From positions 1 through 64,000 of IMG/VR virus record IMGVR_UViG_3300044858_002168: a stretch of DNA of 64,000 nucleotides; one strand, given 5' to 3'. The stretch comes from an uncultured virus (IMG/VR IMGVR_UViG_3300044858_002168) (lineage: Duplodnaviria; Heunggongvirae; Uroviricota; Caudoviricetes). Every line of letters begins with the position of its first letter. The first letter of the stretch is position 1. Position numbers and translations under genes: made by a program. Under the pieces are notes generated by a model that ran no database searches, was not told where the DNA came from, and was given only the letters and a program-made list of their open reading frames with translations. Positions 41,522 through 49,702 of the stretch are shown piece by piece.

Positions 41522-41562
41522 GACAAAATTTGTTGTGCCCCAAGGCCTAAAATACACTTGAC

Positions 41563-42510
41563 CTACTCTACCTTGTAGACAATTTCGGGAATGATTTCAC
41601 CTGCCCTGCGAATCGCCACTCGGTCACCGATGTGTAAGTCTAGGGCTCGGATAAATCCTGGATTGTTTAAAGTGGCACGGCTTACCATGGCATCACCTAC
41701 TAACACTGGCTCCAAGATTGCGACAGGAGTTACCTTGCCAGTCTTGCCCACACCCCACTCTACATCCAGTAGCACAGTTTCAACGCACTCACCACGAGTC
41801 TTTTTGGCATACGCTCCACGAGGATGTTTTGCAGTATAGCCTAACTGTTCAAAAGTCTGGTTACTGTCTACACGAAACACCACACCGTCTGTGGGATAGA
41901 TGTGGTGTAGGTTGTCGTCAAATACGGTGTTGAAACCCCAGCTCTTCAAACACTTCAAGTCCCAGGTATAGCTTGGTGTCAGGGCTGGAGTGCACTGATA
42001 AGCAAAGAACTCCACACTGCGGGTGGAGAACTCCTCCAATGAACCCAGGTTGAGAGCACCTGCTGCATAGTTGCGGCTGTTTTCCACATGGGCTGGGGCA
42101 CATACTTCGCCTGTGACCTGAAGCACCCCACTCTGGTCGATGGTCTTGGGCACAAGTCGGGCCAGTTTGGGTGTAACATCGCGCCCCTCTTTGCCATCCC
42201 CTCGGGTTAGTGCACGCACAAACACTCCGTCTACATACAGAAGGGACACAGCCGCGCCGTCCAGTTTGGGAGTCATTACCACATTGGTATAGTGTTCAAA
42301 CAGTGGGTTAGGGCGGTCTTCGTCTTCGTACCACTTTTGCAGTGAGTACATGGGGTACAAGTGCCGTTGTACATCGCCATGCTGAACAGCGCCTACTTTG
42401 TTGTAGCCACAGCTTTCAGCAAGATTGTCAAACTGTTCGTCTGAAATAATAGGTGTACCATTGTAGTAGTGACGACTGGCATTGTCTAAAAACTCTGTTA
42501 GATTGTTCAT
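41563..42510 (-). CDS. ligA: NAD-dependent DNA ligase subunit A (adenylation + OB)
   Basis: PKLDG, TRGDG, SRNYAAG, DGVV, RATLNN, RAGEIIP. Confidence 0.92.
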   Translation of the reverse strand: MNNLTEFLDNASRHYYNGTPIISDEQFDNLAESCGYNKVGAVQHGDVQRHLYPMYSLQKWYEDEDRPNPLFEHYTNVVMTPKLDGAAVSLLYVDGVFVRALTRGDGKEGRDVTPKLARLVPKTIDQSGVLQVTGEVCAPAHVENSRNYAAGALNLGSLEEFSTRSVEFFAYQCTPALTPSYTWDLKCLKSWGFNTVFDDNLHHIYPTDGVVFRVDSNQTFEQLGYTAKHPRGAYAKKTRGECVETVLLDVEWGVGKTGKVTPVAILEPVLVGDAMVSRATLNNPGFIRALDLHIGDRVAIRRAGEIIPEIVYKVE

Positions 42511-42815
42511 AGTTCTATTGTAGTGGGTTTGGGCTGAGACTTCAAGTGAGAAATTTTGTTTTCCAAGTGTTGGATAATACTGTCTGCACCCTCTGCTTGA
42601 CTACACAGCTCCAACAACCCATCTAGTACAGCATAAGTATTTTGAATTGTAGCAGGAATGGATGCACCCTCTTTGGTTGCAATCCACTCACCCTCATAGC
42701 TCAAAAAGTACTTTCGTAGGTGTAGGTACTCTACCTCACGAAAGCTGCTGACCGTTAAGCGATACTGGTATCCCTTTTCCATGTTTTCATAGATTAACTT
42801 CTCATAAACATCCAT
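42507..42815 (-). CDS. PC4-like ssDNA-binding protein
   Basis: RLTVSSFREVEYLHLRKYF...W..TKEG; T5 synteny. Confidence 0.8.
   Translation of the reverse strand: MDVYEKLIYENMEKGYQYRLTVSSFREVEYLHLRKYFLSYEGEWIATKEGASIPATIQNTYAVLDGLLELCSQAEGADSIIQHLENKISHLKSQPKPTTIEL
42517..42545 (-). promoter_or_regulatory. Sigma70-type promoter (probable leaderless ligA mRNA)
   Basis: TTGAAG-17-TACAAT, 6 nt before ATG. Confidence 0.6.
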
Positions 42816-42816
42816 G

Positions 42817-43428
42817 CTATACCTTTACACCCAGTTCTGTCAAGTGCTTTAGTGATGCCAGTTCGCTAGCAGGTTGATAACAATACTGTTGCCAGCGGTC
42901 GCTCAATAACCACAAACGATACACGTATTCTTCTGGGTGAGGAAACTCGCCTTCCACCACAGCCATGCTGTCATAGCGTGCACTGTAGACTCGTTCACCC
43001 ATGTCAAACTTTGTACGAACTGCACCTTCTGGGATCAGTTCGGGTTTGAAGTAATCGTGCGATCTGCTACGGATTGGCACTTCGTACCGGTCTAACACCT
43101 GTTTTACAAAAGTGTTAGGCCGGTGGATATTGTTGCTCAAACTGTCGATTGTGTCGCCCTCCAGGTAACCACTGATAATATAGCTGATCTCTTCCGGTGT
43201 GGCGGGTGTTCCGCGCTTTTCTTGACGATAGCGACGATCACGCGCCTTCTTTTCTTTGTGCTTTTCGATGAGATTGCCCAATCTGGTGGTATTGTAGGCA
43301 ATGTTTAAGATCGAGCACGCCTCTTTTTTGGTGATTGGCTTTTCGGCCTCCAACAGTGCAATAACTTTGTCTAGGTTGGAGGGATCCAGCTTTTCATCAT
43401 CACCGTTTTTAGTCTTCTTAGAGGGCAC
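42817..43428 (-). CDS. D2: T5 D2-like protein
   Basis: TKKEACSILNIAYNTTRL motif. Confidence 0.75.
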   Translation of the reverse strand: MPSKKTKNGDDEKLDPSNLDKVIALLEAEKPITKKEACSILNIAYNTTRLGNLIEKHKEKKARDRRYRQEKRGTPATPEEISYIISGYLEGDTIDSLSNNIHRPNTFVKQVLDRYEVPIRSRSHDYFKPELIPEGAVRTKFDMGERVYSARYDSMAVVEGEFPHPEEYVYRLWLLSDRWQQYCYQPASELASLKHLTELGVKV

Positions 43429-43627
43429 GATTCATCACCTTTCTTTCACCGTTTTCATCAAAACCACACAATACTTGGGGAACGTCACTCCAGTCGGTCC
43501 AGGTGTGCTCTGTTACCCAACCCGGGTTACCATCAGCGCCCATTGTGGACCGGACTTCGCGTTCACGAACTCTGTACTGCAACACACGGTGGCCACTTCC
43601 AAAAACCAGCCAGCGAAGTTCAATCAT
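43418..43627 (-). CDS. Hypothetical protein
   Basis: GGAGG RBS; LQYR...WTDWSDVP. Confidence 0.65.
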   Translation of the reverse strand: MIELRWLVFGSGHRVLQYRVREREVRSTMGADGNPGWVTEHTWTDWSDVPQVLCGFDENGERKVMNRAL

Positions 43628-43671
43628 AAATCCTCCAATAACGACTAAAGGCGGCCTGAGCCGCCTTTTAA

Positions 43672-44031
43672 TTAACCAGAGATAACGCCAGTCAGATAGA
43701 CAGCGGCCTTGCCGGTCAGCTTGTCTAGAATTTCATCGTCTACGGTACCACCCTTGGCAGCAATAGCAGCCTTCAGTGCAGCGATGCTGCTCTCCTTCGA
43801 GACACGCTTAGTGCCCTCTGCGCCACCGCTTGGCTTCTTGGTATCGCCACCACTGGCTGCTTCCTTTTTTACATAAACGCCTGCTTGTACCAACACCATA
43901 CGTACGCCGTTGGGGCTTTGTTCAAAAGTTTCTGCAATATCTTTGATGATTTCGGTACTGGTCTCAGGAGTGGGTTCTGCATCCTTGTATGCCTTGATTA
44001 CTTGAGCCTTGGTTTCGTCGGTCCATGCCAT
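43672..44031 (-). CDS. D3: T5 D3-like DNA-binding protein
   Basis: MAWTDE...SPNGVRMVLVQAGVYVKK...KLTGKAA. Confidence 0.8.
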   Translation of the reverse strand: MAWTDETKAQVIKAYKDAEPTPETSTEIIKDIAETFEQSPNGVRMVLVQAGVYVKKEAASGGDTKKPSGGAEGTKRVSKESSIAALKAAIAAKGGTVDDEILDKLTGKAAVYLTGVISG

Positions 44032-44043
44032 GGTTGTTTTCCT

Positions 44044-44307
44044 TTAGTGATAAGATTTAGTTGATTTAGGGGAATAGCCACACTGCAAGAGTTCTTCTTC
44101 CAGCAGTTTGTCGTACAGGGCTTCGTAACATGCCACAAGCGTGTACAGTGTGTCTGTAGGCACAACACTGGGTGGCAGGTCTTCTGGATTCAGTTTGTCA
44201 CTGCACAGTTCTTCAATCTTTTCCTTGACTTGTAGGCTCTGTTGAAGCGTTTGAAATAACAGTTTGTTATCCCACACTCTGAACTTGCGGTGTGATTTTG
44301 AATTCAT
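44044..44307 (-). CDS. Hypothetical protein, probably leaderless
   Basis: The promoter at 44315-44343 lies inside the longer track ORF, so the ATG at 44307 fits a transcription start. Confidence 0.6.
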   Translation of the reverse strand: MNSKSHRKFRVWDNKLLFQTLQQSLQVKEKIEELCSDKLNPEDLPPSVVPTDTLYTLVACYEALYDKLLEEELLQCGYSPKSTKSYH

Positions 44308-44314
44308 TGACATT

Positions 44315-44343
44315 ATTATAAGTGTTTGGGTTGTGTTGTTCAA
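44315..44343 (-). promoter_or_regulatory. Sigma70-type promoter
   Basis: TTGAAC-17-TATAAT. Confidence 0.7.
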
Positions 44344-44555
44344 ATGCAAAATTTTTGACCATAACCAATCATACTCACAGCTGTTTAAGAACATTTAGTC
44401 CCCAGGATCGTCTAGGGCATTCAGTCCTCTCATACCTTTGGCATCGCCTCAAAAGTTCTAAACCCACCACAGGTTGTCGAGGAACTCGGTAGAGATAGGT
44501 ATCACCCAGTGAGTCAGGCTGCTGGTTGGGCACTTTGCTCTCAGATGATTGGTTA

Positions 44556-44631
44556 TGGTGCCGCTTGAGGGACTCGAACTCTCGACCTACCGCTTACAAG
44601 GCGGTTGCTCTACCAACTGAGCTAAAGCGGC
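44556..44631 (-). tRNA. tRNA-Thr(TGT)
   Basis: Cloverleaf, loop CTTGTAA, CCA encoded. Confidence 0.95.
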
Positions 44632-44761
44632 AAGTGGCACGACAGCCCATCCTGTTTTCGTCGTGCGCGGAGGCGGGTTCCTCAAGGGGGTGTACAGGCC
44701 CGCCAATACAAGCACTAGTACTTTGAATACAGAGTACCAGTCTTCTTTATCAGTGAAGTGC

Positions 44762-44879
44762 TAGTATTTTATAAACACACCGGGGACCACGGTGCGCACC
44801 GTACGGCCTGACCCGCGGAAGGTGTCTCGAGAATACTCCGCATATATGTATTAAGTGGCGGTGTGCTTATAGAATACTA
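44762..44879 (-). ncRNA. Stem-enclosed small RNA cassette
   Basis: About 21-bp terminal inverted repeat (tagtattttataaacacaccg / cggtgtgcttatagaatacta). Confidence 0.6.
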
Positions 44880-44951
44880 TTTTATTAAGACACCGCACTT
44901 ACAGAGGTAACGCGTACCACGGCTAGATCTCGCCTCAATGTCTTAATAAAA
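44880..44951 (-). ncRNA. Stem-enclosed small RNA cassette
   Basis: ttttattaagaca / tgtcttaataaaa inverted repeat. Confidence 0.5.
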
Positions 44952-44952
44952 T

Positions 44953-45275
44953 GCCACATGATTTGTAACAAGGACATGTGGCCAAACCCTGGCTCAGCTA
45001 GTTTTTTAGGCTGCTAGAGCGTAAACGCTGTCGTTTGCATTTAAGTTTTTGCTGTTTCGGATTGAGAAACCCCAACCCTACGGCTTTCACATTGCCGGGT
45101 TGCCGTCTTCACTATCTCACGCTGTCGAAACCACATCCGGCCCATCAAAAACATATTAGTACACAGTTTTCCCATTTCAGGTTTTAGAGTACCTTATCGG
45201 GCTAATATGCTTTTGGTGGACCGGGGCGGGAATGATCCGCCGTCCAACATGCCTTCGATCTGACAGAATTACAAC
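44953..45275 (-). ncRNA. ssrA: Circularly permuted (two-piece) tmRNA
   Basis: The acceptor piece ending CCGGTCC-ACCA (45214) precedes the coding piece starting GGGCCGG-ATGTGGTTTCGAC (45143). G3:U pair; tag ORF ANDSVYALAA* at 45038-45006. Outer ends approximate. Confidence 0.92.
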
Positions 45276-45397
45276 CATATTCTACTACAATCGGGACTCG
45301 AACCCGTATGCGACCCGTTCTTCCTGGCCTGTCTACTCTGTATCCGGATTTAGGAGTAAACTATCGGTGTTCCAGTGTAGTCGGCTAAGTAGTGGTA
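45274..45397 (-). ncRNA. Small RNA with T-arm motif upstream of tmRNA
   Basis: CGGG-TTCGAGT-CCCG hairpin; 3' end AATATGGT resembles the cassette family. Confidence 0.45.
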
Positions 45398-45670
45398 CTA
45401 GATTTCTTCGGTGACAACACCATCCATCTTGTCTTCAAAAAACTGACGGTACCGGTGGGTTAAATCGTACTGACGTTGCAGTGCTTCAACCTGTGCCAGG
45501 AACGTAGAACGGGCTGCTTCATAGGCCAGTGCAAAACCAACCACGGCCTCATCGTCTTGTTCGGTAACGTCGATGCCGCTCAGTTTGGTGGTGGGCTCCT
45601 GAACCACCAATACTTGGCGGTTACTGATCTTGCCTTTCAGGTCTGTGTATACAAATGTTTTCAGTTTCAT
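45398..45670 (-). CDS. Hypothetical protein
   Basis: 90-aa ORF with own promoter (TCGACA-17-TATAAT, 45696-45724). Confidence 0.7.
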   Translation of the reverse strand: MKLKTFVYTDLKGKISNRQVLVVQEPTTKLSGIDVTEQDDEAVVGFALAYEAARSTFLAQVEALQRQYDLTHRYRQFFEDKMDGVVTEEI

Positions 45671-45733
45671 GGGGTTTTACCGTTTGAGAACAACTATTAT
45701 AGCCCAAAAGCTCAACACTGTCGAGTGAAAAAT

Positions 45734-46003
45734 TTATTGGGTCTTTTCCAGGTTGAGGGCAAGTGCATTCCGAAAACGGGCACCCATGCTGGGTACTATG
45801 CACGAAGCAATGATCAGTGGAGCGATCAACACACTCATCAAGAAAAAGGTCACTACACTGATCTTCCAGTAGGTCACCACCATCAGCTCAGGGTGTGTGA
45901 TCCTCAAACTGGAAATTACAGGCCAAAACAGTTCATATACTGCAACCAATCCTGTGGTGACTGCGCATAGGAGATAGAAACTGATGACTGTCATTGAACC
46001 CAC
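45734..46003 (-). CDS. Membrane protein
   Basis: Two hydrophobic segments. Confidence 0.65.
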   Translation of the reverse strand: MGSMTVISFYLLCAVTTGLVAVYELFWPVISSLRITHPELMVVTYWKISVVTFFLMSVLIAPLIIASCIVPSMGARFRNALALNLEKTQ

Positions 46004-46374
46004 CTTGCACGTGCACCAAAGCTAAACATGACCTTTTCATTGGTGTTGGGTGGTCGCTCCTTGCTGTACGGTCCGGGCGATAACAGTGCTGCAGCTTGGA
46101 GTTTTTCATTGTTGGAAAACATGTCCATGTCTACTCGGCCACAGAACCTCTTGAACAGCACGGCTTGACGAATCATACTGTGCGTCCAGAATGGTGTTGT
46201 TGGGGTACGTCGACGGTATGCCACATTGGTGATGGCCTTGGCCAGTTGTTCGTTGTTGGGGTGGTCTTTCAGTGCCCTCTTCAAACGCTTGATACGATTG
46301 CGCTCCCAAACTCGCGCCGACTTGTAGTTTGCTGACTGAGAAACCTTGCTGTTGCCGCCACTCTTATTTGCCAT
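45991..46374 (-). CDS. Basic hypothetical protein
   Basis: 127-aa ORF, GAGG RBS. Confidence 0.65.
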   Translation of the reverse strand: MANKSGGNSKVSQSANYKSARVWERNRIKRLKRALKDHPNNEQLAKAITNVAYRRRTPTTPFWTHSMIRQAVLFKRFCGRVDMDMFSNNEKLQAAALLSPGPYSKERPPNTNEKVMFSFGARARWVQ

Positions 46375-46633
46375 ATGTTGTAAATACCTCGTAGTATGTT
46401 GTTTTGTTTTCTTTGTGTTCTAAAATCTTGATCAATCCCAACTCTTCCAAGAACCCCATGCAAGTTACCACTTCCTCTGGGCTTTCACAGACGACGCCAC
46501 CCATAAAGAGGTAATCTTTGATATGATTTACCACTTCTAGGGTCAGATAGTTTCCAGATAGGGGTTTTAAGTAGTCAAGTATTAGACCCAGTGGATTGAA
46601 GTTGTTCTGATAGATTTTCATTGTGTAACACAT
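46364..46633 (-). CDS. Hypothetical protein
   Basis: ORF in operon. Confidence 0.55.
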   Translation of the reverse strand: MCYTMKIYQNNFNPLGLILDYLKPLSGNYLTLEVVNHIKDYLFMGGVVCESPEEVVTCMGFLEELGLIKILEHKENKTTYYEVFTTYGK

Positions 46634-47273
46634 CCTTCAGAGCCGGAAACTCGCCTAACAAGATGTCTAAACAGGCCTGGGCTACTTCACGGTGCTCTTT
46701 TTGGGTACCCATATCTGTTCTGAGCATGCAGTAGTGAATCCAGCTGCGTACACTTCCGGCCATATATAGACGGCTATGTGTTAAACCTTCTGGCAACACA
46801 GCACGAGCCTGCTCTTTAGCAATACCGTTGGTCAAGGCCCAGGTATACGCTCGTTTTACTACTCGTAACACGTCCTGTTGCTGAGACTGCCAAACTTCCA
46901 CCAGCTCTTTGTCGTCTGTCTCCAAACTGGCCTGACGATTCTTGAGGTCTTGCATTCGTGCTTCACGGACCTCAAAACCCAAGTCGTCTGCACGGGCATA
47001 TCGTTGGCTGAATTCTTGGAAAGAGAAGCTGCGATGACGCAAGATCTGGCGTGCAATGTCACGGGTAGTGTTGATCTCCACTACCATGTGAGCCATTTCA
47101 AAGGGGCTCCAGTGTTGGTTTTTCACCAAGTATTTAAGCAGCTTTGGCGCAGTCTCTGTGTTGAGCTGGTTACTGGGATTGCTAACACGGGCAATATAGG
47201 CCAACATGTCGTTGACAGTTGGAACTTCTGGAATCTTGCTTTCTGTGACTCCTATCAATTTTACAGCGTTCAA
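46575..47273 (-). CDS. thyX: Flavin-dependent thymidylate synthase
   Basis: HWSPFEM, RQILRHRSFSFQEFSQRY, EQARAVLP. Confidence 0.95.
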   Translation of the reverse strand: MNAVKLIGVTESKIPEVPTVNDMLAYIARVSNPSNQLNTETAPKLLKYLVKNQHWSPFEMAHMVVEINTTRDIARQILRHRSFSFQEFSQRYARADDLGFEVREARMQDLKNRQASLETDDKELVEVWQSQQQDVLRVVKRAYTWALTNGIAKEQARAVLPEGLTHSRLYMAGSVRSWIHYCMLRTDMGTQKEHREVAQACLDILLGEFPALKDVLHNENLSEQLQSTGSNT

Positions 47274-47575
47274 CGGCGGTCTTCCTTTTGAAAGAAATCC
47301 AGTACTTGGTCTAGTTCATTGTAGGTACGTTCACGAATGTTATCACACTCTTGTATCATCTTATGCATCTTTTTAGCTGCAAACAACACCATATCTGCTT
47401 CGTGCGCATTGTCCAATGCAAGTGGAAAGTGTCGGCCACAGGTGTCATAGAAACACACCTGGTCTTCGTCTAGTACGGCACGGTACCAATAGTGTTGTCC
47501 GTCATGTTTAAATGTTTCACTGGGATCAACATTGTTGTATTCGTTGAAGTCTACGGGGCCAAAAAATAGTTCCAT
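47270..47575 (-). CDS. Hypothetical protein
   Basis: Start MELFFG; the longer track start overlaps tRNA-Leu. Confidence 0.65.
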   Translation of the reverse strand: MELFFGPVDFNEYNNVDPSETFKHDGQHYWYRAVLDEDQVCFYDTCGRHFPLALDNAHEADMVLFAAKKMHKMIQECDNIRERTYNELDQVLDFFQKEDRR

Positions 47576-47641
47576 TACTTTCTTTCTTAGGTTAAAATTA
47601 AAAACGCAAAAAGCCACAGCAAAATCTGCTGTGGCTCGTGT

Positions 47642-47729
47642 TGGTACCCCCGGCCGGACTCGAACCGGCACGCACATAGTCGGCGAGGGATTTTAAGTCC
47701 CTTGTGTCTACCAATTCCACCACAGGGGC
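47642..47729 (-). tRNA. tRNA-Leu(TAA)
   Basis: Class II cloverleaf, CCA. Confidence 0.95.
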
Positions 47730-47734
47730 GTACA

Positions 47735-48136
47735 TCAGGCAATGACGTCGTGATAGAACATACACAGCAGGTTGCCTACAATGGTATCATCATGACCATA
47801 ACGAACAGGAACCATGACGGTATTTCCATTGACAAAACGATCTACTGCTAGTTCTGCACCAATCTTCTTGTTGAAGCTGTCTTTGGGTGAGCAATATGCC
47901 AGAGCAACCTCTACCATACGAGTGTTACGCCAGTTGCTGCACTTGCGATAAGCAATTGTAACACCGCCACGATTGTCGTGACGATTATAACCATGACAAA
48001 TTCGAAGGTCTAAATCTTCTATGTCGTCTAGGTAGGTGTTGGTATACATAGGGGTTGGATTGATTGGAAAAGGCCAGGCTTGTTGTGCCTTGGGAAAGTC
48101 AATCTTGTTACGGGTGTTTGTTTGGTAAATTATCAT
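47735..48136 (-). CDS. Hypothetical protein
   Basis: GGVTIAY...AYCSPKDSFNKKIG motif. Confidence 0.65.
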   Translation of the reverse strand: MIIYQTNTRNKIDFPKAQQAWPFPINPTPMYTNTYLDDIEDLDLRICHGYNRHDNRGGVTIAYRKCSNWRNTRMVEVALAYCSPKDSFNKKIGAELAVDRFVNGNTVMVPVRYGHDDTIVGNLLCMFYHDVIA

Positions 48137-48154
48137 GGTGATGTTGTGGTTAGT

Positions 48155-48229
48155 TGGCGGCCTCAAGGGGAATCGAACCCCTGCCATCGCCGTGACAGGG
48201 CGACATTCTTGCCGTTAAACTATGAAGCC
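48155..48229 (-). tRNA. tRNA-Asp(GTC)
   Basis: Cloverleaf, loop CTGTCAC, GCCA. Confidence 0.95.
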
Positions 48230-48387
48230 GACTTATTCCAAGCTGCTTGGATTTGTTCATAGACTTGTTCAAACTGTTGTAGAGTACAGCCAGTACTTTT
48301 CATTACAAAAGTTCGAAGTTGTTCGCCTACCATGTTTAGGTCCAATGCAGTCACGATTGTCTTAAAGACAAAGTATTCATTATCCAT
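48220..48387 (-). CDS. Small ORF (55 aa) ending inside tRNA-Asp
   Basis: MDNEYFVFKTIV...NKSAS*; TAG = tRNA nt 8-10; weak RBS. Confidence 0.45.
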   Translation of the reverse strand: MDNEYFVFKTIVTALDLNMVGEQLRTFVMKSTGCTLQQFEQVYEQIQAAWNKSAS

Positions 48388-48389
48388 AT

Positions 48390-48418
48390 ATTATAGTCCA
48401 AATAACACAACACTTCAA
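48390..48418 (-). promoter_or_regulatory. Sigma70-type promoter
   Basis: TTGAAG-17-TATAAT. Confidence 0.75.
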
Positions 48419-48432
48419 GTCAAAAATTAAGT

Positions 48433-48508
48433 TGGTCCACTCTCTTGGAATCGAACCAAGTCCCCTGGATTTTCAGTCCAGTGTACGCACCAGCTATACC
48501 AAAAGTGG
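48433..48508 (-). tRNA. tRNA-Phe(GAA)
   Basis: Cloverleaf, CCA. Confidence 0.92.
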
Positions 48509-48509
48509 T

Positions 48510-48584
48510 TGGTAGGATGTGACGGACTCGAACCGCCGACAGTCGTCTTGTAAGGGCGATGTTCTACCACTGAACTAACATCCT
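48510..48584 (-). tRNA. tRNA-Val(TAC)
   Basis: Cloverleaf, CCA. Confidence 0.92.
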
Positions 48585-48585
48585 A

Positions 48586-48664
48586 TGGAGCGGGCAGGGA
48601 GAGTCGAACTCCGCGTTCTTCAGCTTGGAAGGCTGTTGGTGGCCCCTTCACCTTGTCTGCCCGC
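48586..48664 (-). tRNA. tRNA-Gly(TCC), atypical D-arm
   Basis: GCGGGCA/TGCCCGC-TCCA acceptor, loop CTTCCAA; lacks U8 and the standard D-loop. Confidence 0.8.
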
Positions 48665-48757
48665 ACGTACCTCTTCAACCTCAACAAAGTTGTGGTTGTC
48701 AAAACTCCACAACAGGTAGCTTTGTGGAGTGTCATCAAAAATCTTTATTACGTCCAT
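48620..48757 (-). CDS. Small ORF (45 aa) reading into tRNA-Gly
   Basis: TAAGGA RBS; MDVIKIFDDTPQSY...; stop inside the tRNA. Confidence 0.45.
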   Translation of the reverse strand: MDVIKIFDDTPQSYLLWSFDNHNFVEVEEVRAGRQGEGATNSLPS

Positions 48758-48771
48758 ATTAAATCCTTAGG

Positions 48772-48843
48772 GGTGACCTACGAGACTCGAACTCGTACCC
48801 CCACAGTCACAATGTGAGGTGCTGACCATTACACCAAGGTCAC
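48772..48843 (-). tRNA. tRNA-His(GTG)
   Basis: Cloverleaf, C73; CCA not encoded (CCT), no genomic G-1. Confidence 0.88.
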
Positions 48844-48854
48844 GCCTAAGGATT

Positions 48855-48929
48855 TGGAGCCACCGGAGAGACTCGAACTCCCGACCACTACGTTCGTAGC
48901 GTAATGCTCTTCCACTGAGCTACGGTGAC
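48855..48929 (-). tRNA. tRNA-Arg(ACG)
   Basis: Cloverleaf, loop CTACGAA. Confidence 0.93.
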
Positions 48930-48930
48930 C

Positions 48931-49004
48931 TGGAAACCCCTCAGAGAATCGAACTCTGGTGTTCAGATTTGCAATCTGCTGCCTAACCTCTTGGCTAAGG
49001 GGTT
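48931..49004 (-). tRNA. tRNA-Cys(GCA)
   Basis: Cloverleaf, U73. Confidence 0.92.
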
Positions 49005-49037
49005 ATTAAAATGTTACTTCTTACATAATTTTCTTTG

Positions 49038-49127
49038 TGGCGGAAGTGGAGAGAGTCGAACTCCCAAGGCTGTTTCCAACTCGGCTGTTTTCAAGACAGT
49101 TTTCGTCGCCAATCGATTTGCACTTCC
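49038..49127 (-). tRNA. tRNA-Ser(TGA)
   Basis: Long variable arm, G73. Confidence 0.9.
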
Positions 49128-49130
49128 CTT

Positions 49131-49206
49131 TGGGTTCCGATTACGGACTCGAACCGCAACTTCAAGGTTTTGGAAACCTGACGACTAGCCATTGTCTTAA
49201 TCGGAA
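49131..49206 (-). tRNA. tRNA-Trp(CCA)
   Basis: Loop TTCCAAA; unusual C73. Confidence 0.8.
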
Positions 49207-49214
49207 GCTGTATT

Positions 49215-49306
49215 TGGCAGTGAGTGAGGGATTCGAACCCTCGGACCCTGTTTCCAGAATCTCTTTCTTAGCAGGAAAGTGATTTAAACCGCTCATCCAA
49301 CTCACT
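49215..49306 (-). tRNA. tRNA-Ser(GCT)
   Basis: Long variable arm, G73. Confidence 0.92.
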
Positions 49307-49307
49307 G

Positions 49308-49382
49308 TGGTGGTTAAGGCTGGATTCGAACCAACGACCCCGACCGTATGAAGGTCTTGCACTACCGCTGTGCTACATAACC
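49308..49382 (-). tRNA. tRNA-Met(CAT), elongator-type
   Basis: Loop TTCATAC, CCA. Confidence 0.85.
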
Positions 49383-49390
49383 AGATTGTT

Positions 49391-49465
49391 TGGCTCCACA
49401 GGCAGGGATCGAACCTACGACCAATTGATTAACAGTCAACTGCACTACCGCTGTGCTACTGTGGA
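49391..49465 (-). tRNA. tRNA-Asn(GTT)
   Basis: Cloverleaf, G73. Confidence 0.95.
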
Positions 49466-49475
49466 AATGTATTCT

Positions 49476-49688
49476 TTAATCTTCGTCGTCTTCGTCTTCC
49501 ATACCCTGATGGTACTTGGCAGCTTTGACAATGTCTTCTGTTACGGTATCATAGTCCTCATTGTAGATAAAACTAACGATTTGTGCCATGTCCTCTGCCC
49601 AGGAGATAAACTGCGTGGGCTTGTCAAGGGTAGGAGACATTTCCGCAAGATGTTCAATTGTCCGCTCATAGCTCTTTGTGTAGTACAT
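49476..49688 (-). CDS. Acidic hypothetical protein
   Basis: AAGGA RBS, 70 aa. Confidence 0.65.
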   Translation of the reverse strand: MYYTKSYERTIEHLAEMSPTLDKPTQFISWAEDMAQIVSFIYNEDYDTVTEDIVKAAKYHQGMEDEDDED

Positions 49689-49702
49689 TTAACTATTTCC
49701 TT

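Noticed and set aside
40715..42510. Split ligase as a pseudogene or intron-interrupted gene
   Set aside because: A two-gene NAD ligase is a normal T5-family trait; both ORFs are intact with their own promoters.
44422..44436. GGTATGAGAGGACTG resembling the 23S sarcin-ricin loop
   Set aside because: The flanks do not form the supporting helix; the short match may be chance.
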